From a virus, in IMG/VR virus record IMGVR_UViG_3300050821_003720, positions 952 through 64,951 of that record: a stretch of 64,000 nucleotides of DNA. The stretch is one strand, 5' to 3'. The position numbers and the translations under genes are program-made. Below the pieces are notes generated by a model, which saw nothing but the letters and a program-made list of their open reading frames with translations, was not told the origin of the DNA and ran no database searches. Below, in pieces: positions 45,301 to 55,300 of this stretch (position 1 is the first letter of the stretch; each line of letters opens with the position of its first letter).

Positions 45301-45478
45301 CGGCTTCAGCTTTACCCGTCTGCTGAAGTACACTATCCAAAGTTCCGATATGTTCTGGATTAGTCAATGTTGTAGGTTGTAAAGCCGGAGCAGGCGCAGG
45401 AGACGGAGTATCAGACGAGTCGGGAGAGTCGGCTGGTTTACCTGTCGCTCTTAAAATGTCATCTAAATTTTGAGCCAT
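42314..45478 (-). CDS. large virion-associated (internal/ejection-like) protein carrying a zincin HExxH + E..AN (ImmA/IrrE-like) motif
   Basis: 1054 aa, last gene of the structural operon. NHELAHAVLAHMAG ... GGAANELY. Pro/Ser-rich N-terminus. Confidence 0.45.
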   Translation of the reverse strand: MAQNLDDILRATGKPADSPDSSDTPSPAPAPALQPTTLTNPEHIGTLDSVLQQTGKAEAVPEDVQKQQGIIEQLKQEVAGPGTVLGEAPAAGEGIRRMLQGDIVGGAKQAAQGYKKMATASLTKGSEQIDGQKHPILKAGLEFAEGMTSPINLGLIAASGGLGMIDSAAKIYAVHQLANLGLTSQQIVDMYNRFPEVKKAWDKGDSSKVLYEGTHLLLSGALTVAGMYDMAGKPLEVASPTDRAVAGKVAEVAGKTVTAVKEAPGKAAAAVKGKLTAPEAEVKSNPIEDLKAAFPPSKTNPYDAEKAPQVAYNALAAEHKLNTIHDPTEAAEALQSQITKAEDKVMEQAIKQVPDEPILKNNKPVSVWDEVKNELDSRNYAESGFVDKAMDELEKFGLIKGKSVTVSDADRIRRQLNDQTTAIEKKPDYQQVRIENVDPKYAALQVAKDVLRDGVYDTIDAHGLDKGVTARDFRRDIIGNLISFKNAMLDKVYGADQQVKGTAPEAPEESLTRRVARGVAPVAGALAGSKSGALGAAAGAYLGREAGEKLLPPPEVPEDLTRSELLDRALNHPEADKFVTETPEEQRIRGRIQRPEAPAPKGQQEVPFGPPEVFGMNQGGATPLEMRPEQLEKISGYINKLREALNDPTATSVEKDAAQHQIERIFGGAIPEGFKRPKGQGAAEPAPKLVQTHYIDVGEGSRFEYPGEIKSQTGLDTKAILNHELAHAVLAHMAGFEVHDIISGEHAAAQPRTIAALRVSLPEDLVKRSDGTLEPRGLREHLPDVLSMYLAGGAANELYDGVKIEDNKALGADLKEVKDALDLLGLSEEEKDKFIEWGITRAKATLSDPDVENLINEFSDTRERGLPESHHYSTIRLMEFKDRLDSLRGKNANNPEGTHGVGTEHNPAGESDRETSVAASDTEKAAGTTADEVKETDEEAFKRELFESLRHPYKPPPKGTGPTGTLVNLETTEVLPPERTTGQYDTPIKEAGAIPGGIWKGDKELNIPDMALFHDPTSGSTLALPVDKVTKEAVQQQLEKSREQYRQAAQRKAS

Positions 45479-45479
45479 T

Positions 45480-47525
45480 TTACTGTGCTCCTTGTTGCTT
45501 CTCTAATGCCATCTTAGCTTGCATGTATCGTGCTAATGGAGCTACTTCTGTAAATGTGTATGGTCTACCCTGAGAGTCTTTTATTGTAACCTTACCATCA
45601 TCGGCAACTAATTGAAGCGAAGCATAAGCTTCTGGACTTAGATCAGAATACTTTGTTTCATAAGCCGGAGACGGCGCTGCCTGCTTATATCGAGTCTTAT
45701 ATTCATTAATACCATCAGTCATTAAACTAGCAACTTTTCTGAGAGATGCTTTAGCGTTCCATGTGGCTGAAAATGTACCGCCCAATGTTTCTTTAGCATC
45801 AGCTATTTCCGTCTGAGACGGAGCGTTAGATTGAGCATTAAACGAAGCTAATTCTTGAGCCAACTGATTGTAGACAGTTTCTTTTTCATGCAGTGACTCT
45901 GTACCAGGAATTAAAGCACCTAATGTAGTACCCTGATAAAGTTGTAACAAGTGCTTAGCAGCGATACCAGCTGATCTCAACCGAATATTATCCTTACCGG
46001 CAGTCATGCTATCAACTGCCTTTGCGTATCCTGCAACTTTCGAATTATCAAAGTTTGGGTAGAAGAAATTAACAGAATCGGCTAACGCTGGACCGTTCGC
46101 TCCTCTTAATAGAAAAGCTATTCGTCCAACATCCCCTCTACCCGTGCCGATAGAATCAATTGTCGCCATTTCATTTGCAGGAAATGAAGCACGATAAGCC
46201 TGCTTTGCCATAACTTTTTCTGCAGGATCAGATGTATCTTCATACTTTTGCAATAGTTCAAGATTACCTTCATATCGGTTCTTAGCCGCATCCTTCAACT
46301 TATTATTAGCTTCCAAAATTCGTTCTGTCTCTGCATCATGAGTTTCTCGTTCTGTTTCTCGTCGAGCATCTTCAGCATCTTTCTGCTGCTTCTCCAAAGC
46401 TGTAGTATAACCACTCTGACCTGTTGGGTCTTCTTTAGTAGCAAACATTCTGACAATATCTTGATGCAAATTAGGAAACTTCTGTTGCATATTCTTATCT
46501 TTATTCCAATCACCCATCATGTGCTTTTCAGCCTGACCGATATCGCCTTTTGCCGCACCGAGATATTTCGTCCACTCACCCGACGGAGCAAAAGTGTTAT
46601 ATTCATTTGTCAATTGCAAATCAGAGGCAGCCTTCTTAGTGGCGGCAGTTTGAGCCTGAATAGTCTGAGACTGCTTAAACAAACTGTTAGCCACATACCC
46701 AGGCATTCTATCGCTCTTGTTTTCACTCCCATCGTATCTAATATTATATTGATTACCGCCAGGAATCTTGTTGACAACATCAATCCAAGGTTGATCTTCC
46801 TTTGTCAACTGATATTCCGCTGGAACCGACATCACAGTATAAGTCAAAGCATACTGTGGTTTCCCTTGCTTATCTTCACCAACATATTTCTTTCCAGTAG
46901 GAAACGCTGTATGTGTCGAAGCGTAGGTTCCGGGTTTATCATTTCTGGCAGCATCTCTTGTCTTTATCAAATTTGTCAATTCAGACGCAGTAACATTCTC
47001 AGCATCTACTTGAGACTGCGCTTTAGGTAACGACGACCACTGATCAGCCATTTGACTTCCGCTCTGAATAGACTTATCCATCTGTTCTTCGCCAAGCTGC
47101 CAAGTCAAAGCCTGCTCGTGCCGCATTTGAGCATTAGCTGTCGCCACGTTAGCCATAGCACGGTAATCTTCACGTGTGTTCTCTCGTGCCTGTTGCTCTA
47201 ATACTTCTTTGTGAGCCTGTTCTTCTTTCAAACGTTGATTTCTAGCCTGCATAGTTTTTTGAATACCATACAGAGCGCCTGCACCCTGAGGAACTTGTCC
47301 TACGTTACCAGCGTCTCCCATAGCGGCTGTAAATCCCTTCAAAGCGTTAGCTAGCTTTGCACCGAAACTTCCTGGTTTTACCGCAGGCTCTTGTGGAATC
47401 GGAGTCGCAGGTGCAGGTTTATAAGGCGGAATCTGGTCCGACTGATCTGACTGCATACCCGGCATTTGTTGACTTAAAGTATCCAATCCCGCTTGTTCGG
47501 GAGTAACTGCATTTCCATCTGCCAT
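45480..47525 (-). CDS. large virion internal protein (hypothetical; T7 gp15-like by size and position only)
   Basis: 681 aa, coiled-coil/Gln-rich. Confidence 0.4.
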   Translation of the reverse strand: MADGNAVTPEQAGLDTLSQQMPGMQSDQSDQIPPYKPAPATPIPQEPAVKPGSFGAKLANALKGFTAAMGDAGNVGQVPQGAGALYGIQKTMQARNQRLKEEQAHKEVLEQQARENTREDYRAMANVATANAQMRHEQALTWQLGEEQMDKSIQSGSQMADQWSSLPKAQSQVDAENVTASELTNLIKTRDAARNDKPGTYASTHTAFPTGKKYVGEDKQGKPQYALTYTVMSVPAEYQLTKEDQPWIDVVNKIPGGNQYNIRYDGSENKSDRMPGYVANSLFKQSQTIQAQTAATKKAASDLQLTNEYNTFAPSGEWTKYLGAAKGDIGQAEKHMMGDWNKDKNMQQKFPNLHQDIVRMFATKEDPTGQSGYTTALEKQQKDAEDARRETERETHDAETERILEANNKLKDAAKNRYEGNLELLQKYEDTSDPAEKVMAKQAYRASFPANEMATIDSIGTGRGDVGRIAFLLRGANGPALADSVNFFYPNFDNSKVAGYAKAVDSMTAGKDNIRLRSAGIAAKHLLQLYQGTTLGALIPGTESLHEKETVYNQLAQELASFNAQSNAPSQTEIADAKETLGGTFSATWNAKASLRKVASLMTDGINEYKTRYKQAAPSPAYETKYSDLSPEAYASLQLVADDGKVTIKDSQGRPYTFTEVAPLARYMQAKMALEKQQGAQ

Positions 47526-47537
47526 TTTATTTCCTCT

Positions 47538-48308
47538 TTAATAAGCGCCTTCTGCTGCGCCCATGTTCAACCAGTCTGTACCGAACCCTGCTTCTGAAGC
47601 TCCTAAATTCTGTGGAGTAGTGCTAGAAAATACGCCGGGATCGGCAAAAGAACCTATACCACCGTCACCGGAACTACCACCGCCTTGAGCCATCTTTCCA
47701 AGCAAGCCTTGGCCACCGCTAAGAACACCCAATCCAGCCGAAGCGAAACTAGCTATATCAGACCATTTCTGATTCTTTTGTTGATTAATATCCTTGGCTT
47801 GATTAAACGCTTGAGCATTAGCACTTGTTGAACCACCAGAAAATCCTAACGGGTCTTGTGCTCCTGCTAACGCTTGTAAACCGCCGATAGACTGCAAAAG
47901 ATTCTCTCTTCCAAGATCGAAACTCTTAATGTTAAGAGCATTCAAAAGATCAGCTTGTTTAGTAGCTCCAGCTGCGGCTATCTCGCCCTGAATCTCTTGT
48001 TGAGGACCGCTAACCAAAGCACTACCTGCACCACCACCTTCGCCTGCAATAGCATTTCCAGCAGCTTGACGTGCTGATCTTGTTGCACCAGCTACGTTAT
48101 TCAATACACTAGTTTGTAATTGTGACATAACTGCAGGAGAGTAACCCGGCGGAAAGTTGCCTGATCTCAATTGTCCAATGGCGTCCTGCACCTGACCTAG
48201 TATTTGACTCTGCGTGGCGAAACGTTCTTTATAAGCGTTGTCAAGCGCAGTTGATAGAGAGGCTTCCTGATTAGCTAACTGTTCTTCTTGTCCACTCGGG
48301 CCGCACAT
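47538..48308 (-). CDS. Gly/Ala/Ser-rich virion protein (hypothetical)
   Basis: 256 aa with low-complexity G/A/S composition. Confidence 0.4.
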   Translation of the reverse strand: MCGPSGQEEQLANQEASLSTALDNAYKERFATQSQILGQVQDAIGQLRSGNFPPGYSPAVMSQLQTSVLNNVAGATRSARQAAGNAIAGEGGGAGSALVSGPQQEIQGEIAAAGATKQADLLNALNIKSFDLGRENLLQSIGGLQALAGAQDPLGFSGGSTSANAQAFNQAKDINQQKNQKWSDIASFASAGLGVLSGGQGLLGKMAQGGGSSGDGGIGSFADPGVFSSTTPQNLGASEAGFGTDWLNMGAAEGAY

Positions 48309-48709
48309 AGTTTGTACTCTCCAACAGATTCCTCTACAGGACGAAATCCTTTTGAAACCACAAATCTAACCAAACTAGGGTTAGTTGAATTAAAAACAAC
48401 GCTCTTTTGTTTACTCAGTAAATGCATCAAAAGAGGTGGTAATCCCTCATTCATTGCTAAAAGTAAACGTCGACGACTAACTTCACTTCGTGGTGCAAAT
48501 TGACAGTGAAGTCTAAATTGCTCAGCCTCTTCTTCTACTTTAATATAGACAACCGGCCCTGTTTCATCTTGGATACAGGCACAAACATACGCTTCGCTGC
48601 CAGTTAGCCACCAATCGGGTTGCTTCTGATTTTGATGAAACGGATCGGCTTCTGTCCATTCTCTAATTTGATCTATATCTTCTTTAACTGATGGAATAAA
48701 TTTAATCAT
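48275..48709 (-). CDS. hypothetical structural-module protein
   Basis: 144 aa ORF. Confidence 0.4.
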   Translation of the reverse strand: MIKFIPSVKEDIDQIREWTEADPFHQNQKQPDWWLTGSEAYVCACIQDETGPVVYIKVEEEAEQFRLHCQFAPRSEVSRRRLLLAMNEGLPPLLMHLLSKQKSVVFNSTNPSLVRFVVSKGFRPVEESVGEYKLCAARVDKKNS

Positions 48710-49569
48710 TAGATAATCTTTTCGGCGGCGACATTAAATGTAAATGCTCTACCAGCTGCCGGAAGGAAAAATTTCTTTCTCTTCTGAGGAACCAAGAAAG
48801 AATAAGGTTCTATACTCAACCACTGCATTTCGGAAGCATTCAAAGGACGATTCCATATTCCTAAGTAATAGACATTTCCTAAAATCGGAACAACGTTAGC
48901 TGTCGATTCTGCTCCGCTGACAATCAAACGACCAGTAGATGTGGTATCATACTTAATACCCGTCATACCTGTTATCGTGCTAGATACACCGACAATTCCA
49001 TCTAAATAAATTTTAGCTACTCCATCTGCTCCAGATGGTCCAACAGAAAGGCCATAAGTATGAGCATTTTTTAACGACGGAGTCGCCGTAAAATTTGGAG
49101 CGTGCAGTGTTCCACCTTGATCTGCGACGTAAGCCCCAACTACTTGCTGACCTGCACTAGCGGGATTCCAGTTTATACCGTGGCTAACGAACGGAGGATT
49201 AGCTGCGTTTTGATAAGCTTTTCTATAAATAGAAGCATCTCCCCCTTCTGTCCCTGTCTGCTTTGCTCGACAAACGGCACTAACCCAATTTGGTTCCACC
49301 CACACTCCACGTTCATACCAAATTCCCCAATTACCCTCCCATCTATGTGACCGGGCCGCATCTGCTGAAATCCAACTTTGATTAGGCTCTGTACCACCTG
49401 TCACGACTGTAGCTGGAAGTGCCGCAGGTAATAATGCTCTTTGTAAACCGGCACCGGCATTAAATAACGTATAGAACGTCAAACCACGAGCCAGAGGATG
49501 CCCAAAGTCTATTTGAACACCCGCTGGCGGTTGATCTGTCCAATATTTAGGTTGATGAACGATAGCCAT
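48709..49569 (-). CDS. hypothetical structural protein
   Basis: 286 aa ORF. Confidence 0.4.
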   Translation of the reverse strand: MAIVHQPKYWTDQPPAGVQIDFGHPLARGLTFYTLFNAGAGLQRALLPAALPATVVTGGTEPNQSWISADAARSHRWEGNWGIWYERGVWVEPNWVSAVCRAKQTGTEGGDASIYRKAYQNAANPPFVSHGINWNPASAGQQVVGAYVADQGGTLHAPNFTATPSLKNAHTYGLSVGPSGADGVAKIYLDGIVGVSSTITGMTGIKYDTTSTGRLIVSGAESTANVVPILGNVYYLGIWNRPLNASEMQWLSIEPYSFLVPQKRKKFFLPAAGRAFTFNVAAEKII

Positions 49570-49572
49570 TAT

Positions 49573-50052
49573 TTATACGCTCTGTCCAAGAATTCCTTGG
49601 TAATAAGCAAAAGCTGTAGTGCCATCAAAAGTTCCACCTGATTGATTCTCTACAAAAATGCCCCATTTCTCAGGAAGTATTCCGCCAAAAGCCGCAGCTA
49701 CAGACATAGGTTCACTAACATACGTGATGGCATTCGCAACCATGTTTAAAGTACCAATTAATCTGGCATTAGTAGGTACAGTAAGAGTGATAGATTGATC
49801 TGTTCCTGTTGATCCTTCTGTATACAAAGAATCAGCAGCGTCGACTGTACCATAAGCGTATATATTTACGTAACCTGTGGCCGATGTACTAGCTGCACCA
49901 GATTTAATCTGCACCTGGACAAGAGCATCCAAAAATAGATTACTCGTATTATCCACAACTAACGATCCTCGCACGCTAGTGTTAGTCAGAGAAGCTATCG
50001 TGATAGTAATACTTTGTTTCTCTGTTCCGTACTTTGTTTCAAATGTTGACAT
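49573..50052 (-). CDS. hypothetical structural protein
   Basis: 159 aa ORF. Confidence 0.4.
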   Translation of the reverse strand: MSTFETKYGTEKQSITITIASLTNTSVRGSLVVDNTSNLFLDALVQVQIKSGAASTSATGYVNIYAYGTVDAADSLYTEGSTGTDQSITLTVPTNARLIGTLNMVANAITYVSEPMSVAAAFGGILPEKWGIFVENQSGGTFDGTTAFAYYQGILGQSV

Positions 50053-50062
50053 TAAAATCTCC

Positions 50063-52369
50063 TTAAATTAGATTAATAGCGTATGAAATATCATGAATTC
50101 CATCTGATATTACTACTATATCAAATTGAGCGAATGTTCCTTGAACAGTAGTTGAAATGTTTGATGGTGAAAAAGTTTGAGACGCAGTACCGTCATTCCA
50201 TGTAATAGTCATGGAGAGATTTCCGGCACCTGCGGTTGTCACGACCACATACATTGAAACACTATAAAAACCAGCCGGTAGAACAGCACCGCATAGTCTC
50301 AAGTTTCCGCTTTGGTTTGTTGTTACACCGACTCCCGTCGCTGAAGCTATATTAAGATTTACAAAATCTGTACCTTGTGGTTGACGAAATGTTGGCTGAG
50401 CCGGGGCCGAACATGCCACTGGACCCATCAGGGCAGTTTTTGCATTCTGATTAGCTAAACCGATAGTTACGTTTCCTGATCCGTCAGGACCAGAAGCAGT
50501 TAAAAACGACGGAACAGTTATTCGATTCACATTATGCCATGTTAGATAATTTGTCCCATTTGTAAAAATAAGTATACCTTGGTTTTGACCAAGAGTAAGA
50601 TTACCTGACGAACCATCGATCAACAATCCATTAGGTGAAATCGTCAAGATACCAGCACCGATATTTTGAACTAAAATCCACCAACCTGAATCTGACATTC
50701 CTATCAACTGAGGATGAGCCGGAACAGGATTTGGAAGAGTCAATGTAACTGCAGATGCTGAGTTAAATGATAAAAGAGTACCTTCATCTCCTCGAACCGC
50801 CAGATAACTTCCAGCCTTTTCTTGAGCGAATCCTGTAGCTGGTCCCAACAACGCCCAACTTGACGGAGCCGTGAAAGCATCTCCGCTAGTCTCCGCTAAG
50901 CATACAAAAACTGATCCTCTAAACTCAACCACATCATAAGGAAGAAATTTCACTGTATTTTGAACTGAACCCGGTAACTCAAGACCTAGAGCGTTGGAAG
51001 ATAGCTGTAGTCCACTTCCCGTGGGAAGAATGGTTGGAGTACTTAAAGCACCTCCATTTTGTGCAGCGGCTAATGCTGCACCGTCATCTGTGCTCGCAAA
51101 CTGATAGACGTTAGAAGGAACGTTATTGTCACCAACGTGTGTTACTTGTCCAGTTCCACCTGTATGCCCTTCCCAAAAATCTGTATATAGAAAAGTACTT
51201 CCTTTTGTAGTAGCTTGAGTAAATCCTACAGCATTTGGACCGCCTCCTCCTGACACTAAGGCTGTCACTTGAAAAATTTGCAACGACGCTATACCTGTAT
51301 CGGCAGTTGGACCGTAATTAGGATTTCCAAAAACACTATTGACAGTAAATTGAGTCGGAGATGCTGACGCCACTACTCCCTGCTGCCCATTTAAAAATGC
51401 GGCACTTGTCAAACCAGAAAAAGTAACAATATTTCCTGCTACTAAACTATTTGCTGCGGTAACTGTCAAAACTGAAGGTGAAGTTTGAACACTTGTAATA
51501 GAAAAAGGCGCAAATCCCCCAAAACCAAAGAGTGCTATACAAGCTTCCCAGTCATCTATAGAACTCAAAGTTCCTGTAAAAGTTACTGAACTACCACCAG
51601 TAACTTGTTTCCAATATAAATGAGCGAATGAAGAAACATTGTATAATAAGTTCCAGCCTGACGGAGGAGTAAATGAAAAAGTATCATTAGTAACAAACAC
51701 TACGGCTATCTCATTTGCAAAAGTACCACTAGAGTTAATTGTAACCGTAGGAAACTGAGTAACACCAGAATTTCCAACAACACCAGCCGCATCTATGGGA
51801 CCTAATCCTCCAACCGAAAATTGGGGGCTAAAACTACCATTAAACACCAAGTTCTCTGACACTAAAGTCCAAGCAGAAGGAGTGAGAGGTTGGTTAGTTG
51901 ATTCCCCTATTTCCCCTATGGCGTTTAAATCTGGTTGCAAACCTATGCTTGTTGAATTTGCAACATACGTTGACACGTTAAAAATTACCACATCGCCTGC
52001 ATTATATGTCACAAAACCAAGCCAATATCCCCGAAATCTCATCCCCGAACCAGACGTTATAACTGTCGTTGACGATGATCTGTTCTCTATAATGCTACTT
52101 TGAATGGCAGCATTATTTTGTGGATTAGCCGATGGCGCAGTAGGCATGATCGGAATGCTTGTAACTCGGGGCGTACGATCTGTCCCGACAAGATAGGCAT
52201 CATGCTGCAAATTAGCCGGAATACTTCCCCGATAATATGGTGGAAGAACTATCGGAGTTGACGAAATCGGAGCAGGAGATTCCCCTGGAACGATTGGCTT
52301 AGTTTCCACTTCTTGCCAATTTTCAGGAATGTCTGCTTCATTTATAAAGTTTAATTTCTGTTCTGCCAT
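50063..52369 (-). CDS. tail fibre/spike-like protein
   Basis: 768 aa, very T/S/G/N-rich with many N-x-S/T triplets. Confidence 0.45.
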   Translation of the reverse strand: MAEQKLNFINEADIPENWQEVETKPIVPGESPAPISSTPIVLPPYYRGSIPANLQHDAYLVGTDRTPRVTSIPIMPTAPSANPQNNAAIQSSIIENRSSSTTVITSGSGMRFRGYWLGFVTYNAGDVVIFNVSTYVANSTSIGLQPDLNAIGEIGESTNQPLTPSAWTLVSENLVFNGSFSPQFSVGGLGPIDAAGVVGNSGVTQFPTVTINSSGTFANEIAVVFVTNDTFSFTPPSGWNLLYNVSSFAHLYWKQVTGGSSVTFTGTLSSIDDWEACIALFGFGGFAPFSITSVQTSPSVLTVTAANSLVAGNIVTFSGLTSAAFLNGQQGVVASASPTQFTVNSVFGNPNYGPTADTGIASLQIFQVTALVSGGGGPNAVGFTQATTKGSTFLYTDFWEGHTGGTGQVTHVGDNNVPSNVYQFASTDDGAALAAAQNGGALSTPTILPTGSGLQLSSNALGLELPGSVQNTVKFLPYDVVEFRGSVFVCLAETSGDAFTAPSSWALLGPATGFAQEKAGSYLAVRGDEGTLLSFNSASAVTLTLPNPVPAHPQLIGMSDSGWWILVQNIGAGILTISPNGLLIDGSSGNLTLGQNQGILIFTNGTNYLTWHNVNRITVPSFLTASGPDGSGNVTIGLANQNAKTALMGPVACSAPAQPTFRQPQGTDFVNLNIASATGVGVTTNQSGNLRLCGAVLPAGFYSVSMYVVVTTAGAGNLSMTITWNDGTASQTFSPSNISTTVQGTFAQFDIVVISDGIHDISYAINLI

Positions 52370-55300
52370 TATAGTTCAACAATTAGTTTTCCAAAAATAG
52401 TTAAATTATACAACTCATCTCCAGTTGAAGTCGTGCCTAAATCAACCTTAATCTGAAGATGGCGACAAACAGCCAATGAAGCATTGCTCGCAAAATAATA
52501 TCGATTAGGACTATACGATGTAGGAGTTATACTCGTTCCGTAAATTGAAGGAGGATCAAACACTTCCGCATCTGGTGCAAATGAAGTAAACGATCCTGAT
52601 ATTTCATTCAATAAGTATGAAATTGTTGGATTAAAATCCACGCCACTGAAATCTATTTCTATAAACTTCAACAATGCTCGTTGACCAGGGTGAGCTAGCA
52701 TAATTCCACCCATAGTGAAGTTTGCGTCATATGGTGTTCCGTTATCTGTAAAAACAGACAAACTTCTCTTCAAAATATTATGTCCACCGGTTGAAGCGCC
52801 AACCAACAAAGCCTTGATACCCGGAGTATATTCAATACTTTGAACCATATGACAACCACCGGTAATAGCGGCGAAAGGACTCCAGATAGGTTCAGCACCA
52901 GCCAAGCCACCAGGAACCTGTCTCGGATTCAATCGATACCAACCCGTGGCTCCGTCCGCAACAAAGATACAGTTATCTATTCCACTCTGATGAACAGCTA
53001 CGTATCCAGTCGCTGGATTCCACGTCGTATCCGAAACGCCAGAAGACGGCAAATTTGCGAATTGATCTCCCAATGGAAAACCAAAGTTAGCCAAATTCAA
53101 GCTAGGACTCAATACCATGAATTCGTTATCGGCGCTAAAGAAGAATATTTCTCCCGCATAAACATCCAGGAAATTGAAACTTAATAATCCGACACCCGGA
53201 CTCAATGTGACTGAGTAGAAAGTTGCCGTTGCCGGTCCTCCAGCTATCAACTCAATAGAATCAACAGTAAAAGTAATAATTCCTTGCGGAGTTCGAACTA
53301 AACGAGTTACAGTAGCCAGAAACGGCAACGAATTAATAGCCGGAAATGCAAAGTTAGCGTTACCAGTTGGTGTATCAGGACCACCACTAAACAAAACATT
53401 TTGTCCTACAGTTCCCCAAATTCTTTGAAAATTAAATACCATCGGCAAAAAATTTGACGGCGCAGGGTTATTAATTCCATTTATCGGAGCGATAATTTGA
53501 GGATTCAAACCCGGAAACTGGTTTGTGGCAACGCTAGGGAGAAAGTCTTGAAACACCCAATCATACTTTACTCCATTAACTGTATACTTACCCGATCCCG
53601 CCTGAGATGGAATATTAGGAATTTCTGTCAATTCAAACATCTGCGTGGGGCCACCGCCGTCAGAAGAACGCCATATCACAATTGTATCGAATTGAGTATC
53701 GGGAGAATATTGACCATAAATAGAGAACACGGCTCCCGCATTAGCTCCTGTCAACGTCGTCGCAGGAGATGCAGTGGTAATAAAACCTGTCTCACTTCCA
53801 GTAGGAGCCGGAAGTGCTCCATTAAATGGTGGACCTGGAGGAGGAATATTTTGCGGAGTGTTAGTTCCTGGTATTAATACCGAATAAAAATCTGTCAGAG
53901 TTCGTGCTTTGTACGAATACGCCCATGAAAGAGATGTAGAGAATGACAGAGAATTCTGCTTAAAAGGTCCGTTATTATACCACACTACACCGCCTGCTGC
54001 CGCAGGAGACGGATCATATGTCTCATTTGAACCCGGTGCTGTCGACGTATTCCATGTTGGAGTCGAACTTCCCGAAACTCCTGTTTGAACTACGTACTCT
54101 ATATTCGTTCCATCATTAACATTCGCACCACCAAGAGGAACAGAAATAGGAGCAAAGAATCCTGCGTTAGGCAAATAATACTTTTGACTTGCGATCCAGA
54201 CGGCGCTTCGTCCTACGTTTACCCATGTAAGACCATTAGTTCCATCCGGAACAGGGCCGAAACCATACGCCGATCCCAAATTCTGCCATCGCAACGTACC
54301 GTTATCAACCGTAATACCACCTTGATTTCTATTCCAAACCGGAGCCGAACCTCCTGACGTTCCTGAAACTGTCACCTGCTGACGATTCGAATTAGAATCT
54401 ATGATAATCGTTCCAACACCGTAAACGTGACCACCAGTCTGATAGTATAATTGAGCGCCAGAGTTTCCAAATGGATCGGACGCACCAGAAGTTCCTGAAC
54501 TTGCCGCAACCCATAAACTTCCATTATTATCCTTAACAACACCGAATGCTGAACCCGGAGAAGACCAACCTATGTACGGTGTTCCCGACTGCCATAATCC
54601 AGTTCCATTATTAGTTGCTGTCACACACAGCCACTTTAATGTACTTCCATCTGAACCTGCTGGTTCTGTTGTAGTCTGACCAGCAGCTTGTTGCCATGTT
54701 ATAGAAGTATTACTTGCTGCAGTTGTACCAGAGCTAGTATTTTCCTGCAAGTAAATAGTTCCCGCAGGTAGTGGATGACCCGGCTGCGGTAGTGTAAACG
54801 GCTCCAGAATTCGAACAGACGGCGGAGGAGTAGCGATTACTTGTGAAGGTCGCCATATGCCTTGACAATATCCGTTTGGAATATTGTTTATATTTCCTAA
54901 ACTCATCCAAGTTACTTGACGATCCGGAATAACAGTACCTGGAGGTGGAGGATTTGCCGTATTATATCCCGCCGCAGCAAATGGATTTGAAAGACCGGTA
55001 TTCGCCGTTGCCTGACTTGAAATGTTTACAAAGAAACAGCCAGTTGCTTGATCATAACAAATACATCGAAGCGTGTTTGTACTGAAAGCCTGAGTTTCTG
55101 TTTCGAACGGAAAATTTGGCAACCACGGTATAACATCACTTAAATTTCTCCATGTAACCGTGTTATCTGTTGTAGTGTTGCCTGGAGTTTGATTCCAAGT
55201 AGGACCACCTGTACTCGATGTACCTAAAACGGCCACTGAACCTATCGTTACAGACGGGTTATTTATGAAATTCAATTGCTGAATATTACCGTTAGGATCA

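Noticed and set aside
46338-47030. Plus-strand 230 aa ORF (and other plus-strand ORFs 43589..45000, 48288..48503, 49102..49350, 51795..54357, 56115..56402) inside the minus-strand structural genes
   Set aside because: They lie entirely antisense within long, well-supported minus-strand genes, have low-complexity or hydrophobic biased composition and no start signals. They are shadow ORFs.
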